In this document: piece after piece, positions 1-12,520 of the stretch | Position numbering within the stretch: position 1 is the first letter of the stretch | Layout of the letters: each line of letters opens with the position of its first letter | Origin: the human T2T-CHM13v2.0 reference genome, Homo sapiens | DNA length: 64,000 nucleotides | Reading direction: 5' to 3' (one strand) | Assembly (NCBI RefSeq): GCF_009914755.1 | Contig: NC_060935.1 | The notes under the pieces: generated by a model | Database searches by the model: none | Told to the model about the DNA's origin: nothing | What the model saw: only the letters and a program-made list of their open reading frames with translations | Position numbers and translations under genes: made by a program

Positions 1-76
1 GTTACGAATATACTTTACACTTTAAAAGGGTGAATGTTATGCTATGTGAGTCATACCTCAGTGAAATTGTCATAAA
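1..76 (+). mobile_element. Old L1M (L1MC/ME-like) 3' end fragment
   Basis: TACACTTTAAAAGGGTGAATGTTATGCTATGTGAGTCATACCTCA resembles the L1M 3' terminus. Confidence 0.6.
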
Positions 77-79
77 TAC

Positions 80-80
80 A

Positions 81-116
<36 letters not shown>
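80..116. repeat. (CA)n microsatellite, one interruption
   Basis: Directly visible. Confidence 0.97.
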
Positions 117-120
<4 letters not shown>

Positions 121-444
121 ACGGCAGCAGCAGAGGAAAGCTGCTGTTGTCCAGCCAGCCTCACACAGCCCATCAGAACTGTAGTGGCTCTCAGTGCTCA
201 GGGCTGATGGAGATGAGATAGGAAGCTTCCAAAAAGGGAAAGATGCTGTGAGTAGCAACAGCTATCTTAAAAGTGGAAAACCCGAGTTGTGTGCACAACA
301 CAGGAAGAGCCAGTGCCACCATCACACGTTTAGCCACACCTCTTTGCGGGGAGCAGCTCCTCTCTGGGTGTCACTTTACATATATACAGGCACGTCAAAG
401 ACTGGAATGACAGCCACCTCTGTCCAATCCACAGCCTACAGTTT

Positions 445-600
445 ATGAATATTTCTTCATTCATCAACTTACCAGTTTTATAACATCCCTGACATGATGA
501 TTTCCATTTGAATTTGTGGAAACCGAGGCTCCGGAGGTTTCAGAGACTTGACTGTGAAGACTCACCAACGGCCCTGAAATAGAACCTGAAACCAAGGCCA
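445..600 (-). mobile_element. MIR fragment
   Basis: GGAAACCGAGGCTCCGGAGGTTTCAGAGACTTG resembles the reverse MIR core. Confidence 0.55.
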
Positions 601-3190
601 CCCCGATCGTGGATGGCAGGACATAATTGTGCTGCTGGACAGCTAAGAATCCAACAATTTGTTAAATTAAATCATTTCCCACCTCCCGCCCCCCGCCCCC
701 ACCCTGGCTTAGCAGGAAAAGATTTAGGCCATTTTCCAGCTGTTTATTCCTCTCTCCTAATGCCCTGTGCTGCCATCCTCAAAAACAATAGATCTGCACG
801 CAGGTCAGAATGCCTGCTCCAGAAAGAGCTCTGCCTGCAGGCCAAGGGCCCAGCCAGTCCGGCCCAGCCTCGGTTCCCTGCACATGGAACGCAGCATGTT
901 ACGGCCCACAAGAGCTGTGTCTGCTTGTGAAGAAAGGTCACCCAAGATAAGCACCCATTCGTGTCTGCCCCTCCAGGCTCTGACAGCATCCACGCACTCC
1001 GCCACAGCCACCTGCATCATTCCTGGCCTATTTTAAGGGTCAGGAACGGCACACTTCAGCCACTGAACTTCAAGAGGGGAAGTGAGGCAGAAGAAATTCC
1101 AAAACAGCAGTTTTGAGGATCCTAAAAAGGGCAGTAAATCAACCTTCTCACAGGGTTTCTCTGCTGGAGGTTCACTGACCTTCCATCATGGTGGGGAGGA
1201 AATGCGGTCATTTTCCCCATTTTGTGTAAGAGACACTGAGACACGGAGACTCACACAGGGCCATACAGAAAGTTGCAAAACTGGGATGAGTTTATGAAAT
1301 ATGTGGGGTTTGGAATTACAAACCCACCTGGGTGGACTCTGGCAGATCTCTTACCATCCTAGTCTCCAGCCTCTCACCTGTGAAATAAAAAAAACTCTCC
1401 CATTGTGGCAGAGCTGGGGGCTCCTTGTCTGTGTGATGGCACAGGCCCTTGATCTCCAGGAGAGTTGGAGAAAGGGCCGCAGCCTTGGCTTGACAAGCCC
1501 CTAGCAGGACAGTGGTGGACATTCCGCTGGAACATGAGACCCAAGGACCTGATTCTCACCTTGACTGGCGCACCCCTTGCCGTCGCTCTTCCCTGCCCCA
1601 ACTGCTGTCCTCCCCGAGCTCACTGCTGATGGAAGACACCTAACCACTGTTGCCCCCAGCTCTCCAAGAGCCTCAAGAATCTTTCTACCACTACTGGAAA
1701 CTGACAATTCCTGAATACCTGTGTTCCAGATGCCATGCTGGGCCTTCAGCTAGCAAGTGATAGAGTTAGGATTTGATTCCGGTTTTGTGTCCTGAAAAGC
1801 TCCAAAATGTTCTGATCTACTCCATCCTACATTTTCTGTATACCCATCTGGTGATCCCAGTATCACCCCTTGCACCTGGAACAGGTAAGTATATGAGGGG
1901 CTGTGGGGCCTATGCAAGGGCACTCTGCTCTGATAGGCCTGGGCTCTTAAGCTGTGGAGGTGCCTCTGTTTCCAACTGAAGGAATTATGGGGAGGGCGGA
2001 GCCCTGGGGAGTACAAGGCAGAAGGAATATGCACTGCATGTAAGACTTGCAGGTAAAACCTGCGTCCTCAGAAATGCTAAACAGGACATTTAGCAGCTTT
2101 ACCAAGAGTTCAAGAACAACAGCAAGGAAAACTGCAAAAGCCCCAATGCACAAAATCTCTAGCTATACAAGTCTTTCCAAGTCACTGAGACCAAAAACCA
2201 TGATCTCTAGTCATCCACATTTTTTTAGTACAAGTGGACTTTAGGGGCACTGAGATTTGGTTGTGCTCCTGGCCCCACATTCAATCTTCTCAGTCTTCTC
2301 TGTTCTCTGTTTAGAAGTGAGGACCCAACAAAGAGATATACAGTATCACAGGATGAACCAGGCCCAGCCCTTCAGAGTTACTGAACATGGAACCGTAGGG
2401 GGAGCTGGACACAGAGCCAGAAGGAGAGAGTAAGTCATGGAAACAAAAGGATTGGTGAGCCAGGAAGTGACCCTGCAGCAATGGGCAGAATAGCCCAGAC
2501 TGAAAGCTCAAAGAGGGCTCTCGGTGTCCTGAGTCCTTCCCTGCAAGGACTGGCCAGGGGAGCCTTGGGTCCCCATCCCTGCCCGGAAGCCAGTGGCTTC
2601 ACAGGCCTCAGGCCCTCACAAGGGACAGGAAGCATTCCTTGCCAGGGTGTGGGGTCTGTACTTCCCATTTTCAGAAAGCTTTCACAAGGATTTGCTAACT
2701 GATTTTGTTCCACACAACTCGACACAGCATCAGAGCTTCCCTTGGAGGGAGAGCTGTGCCCATGTGTCAGGGAGTACAATGGAGCCAGGAAATCTGAGAA
2801 CATGACAGTCTGCAGTCAAGAGGTGCAATGAGGTGTGCTCCTTTCCAGGACTCAGGAGGACTAGTTTTCCTCCATCCTGTCCTCCCCACTGTAAGGACAA
2901 ACACCAGGGCAGTATGATATCCAGGTTCCAGGTCCAGGTCCCAGCTCTGCTGCTTAGAAGACATGCAGCCTTGAACAAGGTCCTCAGTTTCTCTGGGCCT
3001 ATGCCTGTTGCAATGCCTCTGACGTCCTGTGACTCCTGGATAAAGCATCTGCTCTTACCCAGGGCTCTGGACACACCAAAGGGTGGGGAGCAGTGAGAGA
3101 AAAGGATGACATTGGTCAGTGTCTATCACCTGTGGCCAACAGGCCATCTTTCAGCAACTGGCCTTGAAACCTCTGGGAGGATTCCCAGGA

Positions 3191-3560
3191 TGTTGACTCA
3201 GCTGAGCTACAAAGTATGCAGATATTTGGTCAAACATTTTCCTGGGTGTGTCTGTGTGGGCTGTTTCTGGATGAGATGAACATTTAAATCTGTAGACTGA
3301 GTAAAGCAGATGGCCCTCCCCACTGTGGGTGGGCCTCATCCAACCCGTTGAAGGTCTGAACAGAAAAGGTTAACCTGCCCCCAAACAAGAGTAGACTCTC
3401 AATGCAACTGCCTTCATCTGGGACACTGGCCTGTTCCTGCCTTCAGACTCAAACTGGAATCTTAGCTCTTCTTGGGTTTTGAGCCTGCTGGTCTCCAGCT
3501 TGCTGACTGCAGCCTTCATAAGCCAAATCCTTCTAATAAATACACACACATACACATAAA
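3191..3560 (+). mobile_element. MLT2 (ERVL) LTR, MLT2D-like
   Basis: GATATTTGGTCAAACATT...GTAGACTGAGTAAAGCAGATGGCCCTCCCCACTGTGGGTGGGCCTCATCCAA; AATAAA near the end. Confidence 0.85.
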
Positions 3561-4579
3561 TGTCTGGGATATATACATGTCAGAGAAGATGGCTGAAAAC
3601 CCCTGCTGGAAACCATTCCCCACCACATCCTTATAGGCCTTAAAAATAGTAGAGATGATCTCATGTGGTTAGTCGTAAAACTCTGGAAAGTAACTTTGGA
3701 GAACCCGGTGTTGATCAGACCTTTACTGAGGCCATGCACCACATGTGCAGAGCCATGGCTTATGCCTGGGACTTGGAGAGTTTAGGAGGAAAGCCACCGC
3801 TACCATGAGAGTATAAAAAGGAGGTCAAAAGATGAGAGCAAATGAATGAGTTTAACTGGGGATCAGAGCATGGAGGCAGATGTGCAGAGTTAAAGCCTAT
3901 GGAGGATGATTATCTGAAGCACTCTTCTACCATGGGAGCAAAGGCAGGGGTCGGGGGCTAGTTTCAAGTGAAGGAGATGAGAAGCAAGTTATGGACATTA
4001 GGAGGACTTTGTTGGGTGGACTTGTAAGAGAAAATGGTCTAAAAATTACCCAGAGTCCCACAACCCAACATTTTGGTGCATATGCTTCCAAAGTTTTCTC
4101 TAAGCTCAAACAGCTCCCCCATCCCCGCCATACTTCACACAGTTTTATATCCTATTTCTTTCACTTACAAAAACATCGTGGACATTTTTCTAAACCATCA
4201 ACTGTTCTGTGCACCATGATTTTGGGGTAGATAACTGTCATTCTATCATACAGATGTATCACAATTTATTTAACAATTTCCTACTTGTGGGCTTTTCTGT
4301 TCTTTCCAATATTTCGCTAAAGAACACTATGATGAATGGCCTCATACTCAAATTAATTTTTACAACTTTGATTGTTTTCTTACAACAAATTCTCAGACGT
4401 GGAATTGCTGACTTGAAAGTTGTGCACTTATTTAAGCACTGTGAAAACTATCGCTACATTCCTCTGTAAACACACCATTCCTACCATCACTAGCAATGAG
4501 GAAAAGCACTGAATTTGCAATGCTTTCACCAACATTTACCTTTGGTGAATTAATTCTGAGTAGGAGAATATCATAGAGG

Positions 4580-4900
4580 ATTTTGTGAACGGAGCTGGTC
4601 CTTGAGGGAATGGCAAGATTTCAATCATCACGGAAGTTGAGGAGGGACACTTCAAGGCAAGAAACTTAGCACAGCTGCTTGGATACTGATGCTGTTTTTG
4701 GAGAATTCGAAAGTCTAAGTGTACTGAACTGTGTTGGCCCTGGGAACACAGAGGGGGAATAGACAGAAAAGGCAAGCTAGGACGGAACCATAGAGGGCCT
4801 TGAATGACATTCTAAGGCGTTTATATTTTATTCTACAGCAATTCTAAGCCATTAGCAGCTTCTGAGCAGGGAAGCAATGTGTTTTTCATGCTATCTTGAG
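4580..4900 (-). mobile_element. L2 fragment
   Basis: GAGGGCCTTGAATGACATTCTAAGGCGTTTATATTTTATTCT...CTTCTGAGCAGGGAAG resembles reverse L2. Confidence 0.55.
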
Positions 4901-5814
4901 GATGCCAAGAACCTGCCAGAAGGTTGTGAAGTGGCAGGATTGGGTTTCATAGTTTTGACAGTAACCAGGAGACATGTCTATTTTTCCCCCTCTGGTGTGA
5001 CGTTGAGGTTGGAGCACTTCACTGGTGTTCCAATATGCTTCCTATTAAAAGGACAAAACCCCAGCCAAACAAATCGAAAGGAGTGAGAGAAGAACAAATG
5101 TATGCAGACCAGGCAGAACAGAATGCAGCCGGGCCTGCAAGTAACATTTGATAATTTATCTTAGTCCTTATTTCGCTCATCAATATTTTATGTCACCAGG
5201 AAACTCCAGCTTCATTTTCTGGTAATGAATTTATCATGAGACTAAGAGCAAGTTGCTGAAACAGATGCCTGGGGAAGCCGGGGAGAAGGAAGGCAGCTCC
5301 GAGCCTCCGTCTGCTGACTCTGCCACCCTGCAGGGCAGAGGTGATACCAGGCCAAGAGAGAGCACCCTGGCCCTGGGAGTGGGGCCCACATTCACTGTGT
5401 AGGTAACTGATTCTCCAAATAAACCCTCTTCAGAAAATGCCTTCCCTCCCTGGAATGCTGAGCTGTCAGGGAAGGTAAGTCAACACCACTGAGTAATCAC
5501 CCCATCGCTCCCTGGGCAAAGAGCCCTGTCATTGAACTGAGGGGAAACACAATATTGAGATATAAGCCCTGGTTCTCACAGAATCTGCCATCTTTTTCTG
5601 CATCCTAGCAGCATGATAGAGTGCTTGGAATGTGGCAGGCACTCAAACTGCCTTCTGGGGTAGGTGAGTAACTGCCAAAGGCCACCCCTTGAGCATTCTG
5701 GTGCCTAATTTCCACTCTAACTTTGACTTCCTGTGTGACTAGGGTAAGTCACTCAATACAGTCTAGCTTCAGAAACCTTATTTCGCAAAAAGGAAAAAAA
5801 ATAATTACAACAGC

Positions 5815-6000
5815 AGCAGACATTTCCATAGCACTTATGATGGGTACTTCCGAAGTTATATATATTCAATGAATTTTCCCAACAATAAGATACTAGTATT
5901 ACTTGTATTATGCAGATGAGGAAATGTATGCCTAGATAGGTCTAAGACCTGGCCCAAGGTCAAGGGCAGGTTTTGAATCCAGGCTTCTGGTCTTCATCCC
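5815..6000 (-). mobile_element. MIR
   Basis: GCAGATGAGGAAA...GCCCAAGGTCA...TTTGAATCCAGG. Confidence 0.7.
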
Positions 6001-6025
6001 CACCCTATGCCATCTTGTGTCACCT

Positions 6026-6597
6026 GTGTCAGGTAGAGCTCCTCTTGTTGCAAGTGATCAAAAAAAAACAAACTTTTTTTTCACCCAACTCAAGCTGGCT
6101 GAAGCAATCATCGAATTTATTGGCTTACAGAAAATTCAAGGTACATACATTCCTGGTTCCAAGTAAGGCTTGATTCAAGGCCTCAGATTATGTCCCCAGG
6201 ACTCCATATCTCACTATCTCAGCTGCAGTTCCTGTAGTGGGGGCTCCATTCTCAGACAGGCTCCCCTGTATGGATTCAAGATGGTGGCACCTATTCCACA
6301 TCCTGCATTCTCGTGGCATTTAATTGGTGAGAAAAAGCAAACCTCCTTTCCAGTATGCCTGGCAAAAGTCTCATGGTATCTCATGGGCTCAGATCAGGCC
6401 CTGTGGCTCCCCATCCAGTCTAGCTGCCAAAGGAATGTGATGTGGTGATTGCAGGAGGTGTCAGTGGCATGCTTAGCCACTCTGAATGCCCAGGCTCATT
6501 TAGGGGAAGAGGTAAGCTCTACAGAGGGAGAGCAGAATACAGTTGTCAAAGAACAGGCAATGCATATCAGGTGGCAAATGCAATAGATATCTACTCT
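6026..6597 (-). mobile_element. MLT1K/L-like MaLR LTR
   Basis: GTTGCAAGTGA...CCAACTCAAGCTGGCT...AATTTATTGGCTT...CTCCATTCTCAGACAGGCTC...CAAGATGG. Confidence 0.7.
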
Positions 6598-6739
6598 ACA
6601 CTCCTTGTACTCCAAGAAAAATATTGAAATGCTGATGGAAAGACATCAGTTGAAGGGTCTCCCTTAAAAGAAAGATGAACTTTCAGCTCAACTCTGCCAA
6701 AAAGGTAGAGACCATCAGTCAGTCAAAAAGCTTCTACAT

Positions 6740-7176
6740 CATCTGGCATTTCCTCCTCCTCCCTCTTCTCCAGACCATCTGGAACATTCTCTGCTCCTCA
6801 AACACACCAACAGCCTCTGGCCTCAGGCCTTCGAAGCTCCTGTCCCCTCTGTCTACAATGCTGGTCACATGGAGATCTATGTGCCCGTCTTCCTCATGAT
6901 ATTCAGGTTGCTGCTCAAACGTCAATGTCACCACAAAGGCCCTTTCCGGCCATGCTATCACTCTCGGTGCTTTAGTTTTTCTTAAAGTACTCATAAGCAT
7001 TGAGGAGTCCATATATTCACCAGCCATTTACTTGTTTGTTGTCTGTGTCCTCATGAGAAGCTAAGCTCTGTAAGCACAGGAGCTTATTTCGTTCAATGCC
7101 ATGTCCCTATACATAGTAGGTATACATCTGACACATAGTAGGTACTCAAATATCTGTTGAGTAACAAATGAATGAG
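6740..7176 (+). mobile_element. L2a 3' end
   Basis: Ends GACACATAGTAGGTACTCAAATATCTGTTGAGTAACAAATGAATGA, the L2 tail. Confidence 0.8.
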
Positions 7177-7678
7177 GCATTAGAGAGCTTCTTTGACTAT
7201 AGCTGGTGCAACCCAGCCTGCAGCAGAGAATCTGGGAGGAAAGGAAACAGAGGGAGAAGGCCCGAGAACCCACACAGATGCCAGGCCTGCCCAGCCCCTC
7301 TATCACCCTGCGTGTGGCTAAGCCAGCATGCACTGTATGACACAGGTATCTCTGAAGGGCTAGAGACGTAGCAGGAGGGAAGAGAGCAAACAAACATTAG
7401 AAAGGAGGCTGAAGAAGCAAAGACTAAAAGAGAGAGAAAGCAGCGGAAAAAGGCATGGAGCAGGCACCAGAGATGTGCTCCCTCTGATTCCCTTGGAGGC
7501 ACCTCCACACCATGGTTTCTGTGTCTGATTGAGCCATGAGGGTTAGGAAGGCCTTTGGCCCTTCATGGACCAGAAGCAGACCATCACAGAATTGTATCTT
7601 GGAAGGAATCTTAGCAGGAAAAAACAAGACAAAAACTACTGAGGAATGTTAATCAAATTCCCAGTCTCATTGAGCAGG

Positions 7679-8080
7679 TGCTAAGACTCAAATATTTTTT
7701 TCCCTTCAAACTTCATGTTGAAATTGAATCCCCAGTGTGGCAGTACTGAGTGGTGGGGCCTTTAAGAGGTGATTGAGTCATAAGGGTTCTGTCCTCACGA
7801 ATGAATTAATCTATCCATGGATTAATGGATTATCACAGGAGTGGAACTGGTGGCTTCATAAGAAGAGGAGTCCTGAGCTAGCTCAGCCCCCTCCCCATGT
7901 GACGCCCTGTGCCACCTCAGGACTCTGCAGAGGTCCCCCATAGCAAGAAGACTCTCGCCAGGTGTGGCCCCTCAACCTTGGACTACTCAGCTTCCAGAAA
8001 TAAAGAAATAGGTTCCATTTCTTTATAAATTTCCCAGTTTCAGGTATTCTGTTATAAGTAACAGAAAACAGACTAAGCCA
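7679..8080 (+). mobile_element. MaLR solo LTR (MLT1A1/MSTD-like)
   Basis: TG start; CTTCATGTTGAAATTGAATCCCCA; GGGGCCTTTAAGAGGTGATT; ends CAGGTATTCTGTTATAAGTAACAGAAAACAGACTAAGCCA. Confidence 0.88.
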
Positions 8081-8934
8081 GAAGCTCAATCTGTTTTCAT
8101 TGAGAAAACTGAAGACTCATATTCGTCTGTGACATTTACTACACAGATCAATTAATTACCTAAATAGATCTGAATTAGAAAAATAAGATAAGTTCAGATA
8201 ATCATAACACAAGACACTTACAATTTCAGGAAAATGTATGCAAAAGTAACTAAACAAGGCATACGAGATAATATTGGTTCATTTTCCTCCCTTTAAAATT
8301 AAGTTTTAGTCATTTACCATTTTCTCATAGAGTAACCTCTGATAGCTACTGAATAATAAAAGTTCATTATTGCAAGGTAACATTATTGCATGTATTACGC
8401 CATTTGAAGATCATAAATATTCTGCAAACAATCTCATCTCATTCTATGAGGCAGAAATTATGTTTCCCACTTCTCATTAAATTTCTTATGAACTAATAAA
8501 TGATTGAAAAGTACTTTTCAAGAATGGTGTATTACACACGAATGTGGGATGTTGATTCCTGTAGCCAGTTTGTACATTGGCATCAAGACTAAATGTTCAG
8601 GATTCTAGTCCTGGGTGACCCTCAGAGTATTGGCCAAAGGGGAACAGGACCCCAGAAAAAGCAGCGAGCCTCTTCCCACAGCCCACGCCTTCCTCCCACC
8701 TCAGAGCCAGGCTCACATTTCCTCATCAGCCTGGTGGCTGGCACACCAGAAGTCTAGTCTTCTCTCTGGGGGAAAGGAAAACTGAGAGAGAAAAAAGCCT
8801 TTTACTCCAGCCACTCTCATCACTTCTGCCCTCAAACACACCCCGCTACCTATGCCTTATTGCCATTCATCCATCCTCTTTCCCTCTTCTCCTTCAAGAC
8901 CCAACTCCAACACCGCCTCCCCTGCACTAACAGT

Positions 8935-9130
8935 GAGAGTGTACTAAATGTGCCTGGTATTGTGCTGAGGACTCTACACACTTTACTTACACTTCACCCT
9001 CACAACAACTCATATGGGGGAAATAACAGTACCCCATTTTACAGGTGAGAATACAGAGGCCTAGGAGGTTAAAAAAACTGGCCCCAGGTCAACAACAATG
9101 GGCAACACTTGAGTAGGAGCCCAGCTCCAA
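8935..9130 (-). mobile_element. MIR
   Basis: CCCCATTTTACAGGTGAGAATACAGAGGC core. Confidence 0.75.
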
Positions 9131-9873
9131 GCCTCTCCACACCACAGACCTCAGTGACCACCAGGCAATCCTGTCCCCTACAGCCACCTGCCTCGAGTGA
9201 GCAAGCCTGCTCTGAGCATCCTGAGCAGTGAGCGTCTCTTCAATTGACTTCACGGTTCTTCATACCAGCTTAGCTTTTGTTTTCTGGAGCTATTGTTTCC
9301 TTTGTTTAGATATTTATGCCTCACCTCCCAGACAAGCCTGTAAGCTCCGTGAAGAAATTCATCTTCCCCCTTGTACCATGCCCAGCACATATAAGAGACA
9401 CCAATGACATCTTGACTGTTTTGTGAGAGCTCAGGGTGGCAGAAGGCAGACCTTGTTTCAGAGCCCTTAGCCCCGCAGGGTCTCCCCCAGCACTTCCCCA
9501 TCACAGGAACATCGCTTACCACCTCATCTTTATGCCCTCTTCCAGGGCACAGCCCTGACCTCAGCCCTACAATCTCCTCCTGACCCCATAAATGTATACA
9601 AACAGTTCTTGCCAATTCAATCAATTAATTTTTTAAAAAAACAATAATCATATAATAATAATAAAAACAACTTTTATTTAAAGAAAAAAACAGCTGGGTC
9701 ATCATCTCTTCCCAACCAAGACCTTGTAAGGCATCATTTCCTCACCAGAAAGACCGGGCTGCAGGCTGGGGAGCTCTTACATGGTCTGTGGTGTATGCTG
9801 CACCAGGATGTCCCCTCAGGTCCACTGTAAGGTCTTACAGATCCACAGGGGAAAAACGGAAACTTAAGCACCA

Positions 9874-11182
9874 TTTTTTTTAATTGTAGTAAAAACACAT
9901 AATACAAATCTTATTATTTTAACCATTTTTAAGTGTATAATTCAATGGCATTAAGTACATTTATATTGTTATGCAACCATCACCACCACCCATCTCAAGG
10001 ATAATTCAACACCCCTAAACTGAAACTCCTCACCCATTAAATAATTTCGTATTCACGTTTAATTTTTTGAGGAGCTGCCATATTGCTATCCACAGGGGCT
10101 ATACCATTCGACATCCCCACCAGCAACATACAAGGATTCCAGTTTCCCCACATTCTAGCCAATATTTGTTTTTTCATTGTTTTTCTTCTGTTTTTGTTGT
10201 TGTTAACGGTAGCCCTCTTAATGGGAGTGAAGTGGTATCTCATTTTGGCTTTAAATGGCATCCCTCCAATGACTGGTGAGGCTGAGCATCTTTTCATGGG
10301 CTTATTGGCCATCTGTGCATCTTCCTAGGATAAAGTCTGTGCAAGTTGTTTGCCCATTTTTTAATATGGTTCTTTTTTCACTTTTGAGTTGTAGAAATCT
10401 TTTATATATTCTGGATGTTAATCCTTTATCAGATTTATGATTGGCAAATATTTTCTGCCATTCTGAGGGTTGCCTTTTCACTCTCTTAATGGTGTCGTTT
10501 GAAACACAAAAGAGTCTTTTTTAATTTTTGTGAAGCCCAGTTTGTCTTTCTTTTCTTTTGTTGCCTGTGCTTTTGCTGCCATATCCAAGAATTGCCGGAT
10601 CCAATGTCATGAAGCTTTTCTGTGTTTTCTTCTAAAAGTTTTACAGTTTCAGTTCTTACAGTTAGATCTTTAATCCATTATAAGTTAATTTTTATATATG
10701 GTCTAAGGTAAGAGTCCAAGTTCATTCTTTTGCATGTGGATAGCTGGTTTTCCCAACACCATTTGTTGAAAACACTATTCTTTTCCCCTTAAATGCTCTT
10801 GTCACCCTTGTGAAAAAAAATCATTTGACCATAGATGTGAGGTTATTTCTTGGCTCACGATTCAATTCCATTGTTCCATGTCTTATGCCAGGGCCACAGT
10901 GTTGATTATTTTATCAAAACAAACTGTACAAACAAAATAGTGGTGAGTTGCTAAATCAGGAAATGTGAATCCTCCAACTATGTCTTTGTTTTCAAGACTG
11001 TTTTGACTATTCGGGGGTCTTTGAGATCCCATATGAATTTTAGGATATATTTATCTATTTCTAAAAACAACCTCATTGGGATGCTGATAGGGGTTGCATT
11101 GGATCTGTAGGAGGCTCTAGGTGGTATTGTCATCTTAACAATGTAAGTCTTCCAAGCCAGGAATATGGGATGTCTTTCCAGT
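9874..11182 (-). mobile_element. L1MB 3' portion (ORF2 C-terminus plus partly deleted 3' UTR)
   Basis: T-tract then the L1MB 3' end; ORF remnants MANKPMKRCSASPVIGGMPFKAKMRYHFTP and IVKMTIPPRASYRSNATPISIP resemble L1 ORF2p. Confidence 0.92.
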
Positions 11183-11334
11183 GATACCTCTTGAAACACA
11201 AAAAAGTATTTTTTGAGCAAATGAAAAGTAATTTACACCAAAAGTTTGTGCAGGGCAAACACAATTAAGTTCTAGAAGAGTTTAGATGAAACCATGACAA
11301 ACCTACAACCAGGTATTAAGGGAAAACTAGAAAG

Positions 11335-11566
11335 AATAATAGTGAACATTTTGAGAGAACTTACTATGAGCTGAGACCTTTTCCAAGTGCTTTATAGATA
11401 TTAAATTATTTAACTCTCACAACTATCCTATTAGGTCAGCATTATTATTTTCCTTATTTTACAGATGAGGAAACCGAGACACAAAGAGATGAAGTAGCTC
11501 TCCCAAGGTCACAAAGTTACAAAGTAGTGGAGCTGTGACTCCAACCTGGGCAGCCTAGATTCAGGG
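11335..11566 (-). mobile_element. MIR, near full length
   Basis: TTTTACAGATGAGGAAACCGAGACAC...CCCAAGGTCACA core. Confidence 0.9.
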
Positions 11567-11578
11567 AGACTTCACTCT

Positions 11579-12005
11579 TGCAGTCAACTGAATAATGGTC
11601 CCCTAAATAGACCAAGTCCTATTCCCTGGAACTTGTAAATGTCATGAGTTTTGGGAAATGTTTTTTTGCAGATGAGATGTAATTAGGAATCTTGAGATGA
11701 TAGAAATACCCTGGGTTATCTGGAGCGGGGAGGTGGGCCTAAATACCATCACAAGTGTTTTTATAAGAAATATGGAGGGAGAGGGAAGGAGAGAGAGGGA
11801 GGGAAATAGCAGACACAGGGAGGAGGCTGTGTGAAGAGAGAGGCAGGGATCAGAGCGATGTGGCCAAGGAAGCTGGAAGAGGCAGGGGAGTGTTACCTGA
11901 AGGGTTTTTAATTTCTGGCCTCCAGAGCTGTAAGAGAATAAACTTCTATTGCTTTTCGCCATCAAGTCTGTGGTTATTTGTTAGAGCAGCCATAAGAAAC
12001 GGACA
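11579..12005 (+). mobile_element. MLT1C/D solo LTR
   Basis: GAATAATGGTCCCC...CCCTGGAACTTGTAAATG...CTGGCCTCCAGAGCTGTAAGAGAATAAA...TGTGGTTATTTGTTAGAGCAGCC. Confidence 0.88.
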
Positions 12006-12384
12006 TCTCTCCTGATCAGGGTTGTGGGGAGTCTCATATTGGAAGATTTAACCCTCTCCTGCATCAGGTAAAATCATAGCAGCCACCACAACTCCTCACA
12101 AAGGATCTTGGTGAAGAGAAAATACAGGCCTGGTCAGATCACTGGTTAAACAGGCAGTTCAACGGCATGTGATACTTTTCAGTGTGTGTCCCCATCAACC
12201 ATATCAGTCAACCACCAGACCCCCACCTGATCTCACGAAAGAACAACTAGCGTCACAGATCCAGTTTCTAAGTGCAAGAGCAACTTCGTCTCTTGCTTCA
12301 GAGCATGGTTCTTCCCACTGTACCAAACTCCAACTCCTAAAGAGCAGAAAAGAAGGTCCCAAGAGGGAAGTCCCCATGTTTGTG

Positions 12385-12520
12385 AGTGCGCTTTCTAGTT
12401 TACAATGCTCGTGCATCTGTATTATTCTAATTCTCACAACAATATGAGGTTACTCCCTGTTCCATAGATGAAGAAAACCAAGGCTGAGAGAAGTCTGGGG
12501 ATTTTCTGTAAGACACACAA
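12385..12520 (-). mobile_element. MIR fragment
   Basis: TTCTCACAAC...ATAGATGAAGAAAACCAAGGCTGAGAGA. Confidence 0.6.

Noticed and set aside
473-573. Possible minus-strand exon within a MIR
   Set aside because: Competing internal donor and repeat-derived sites; weak support
5715-6000. Adjacent oppositely oriented MIR fragments as a hairpin
   Set aside because: Too diverged to support a stable stem by inspection
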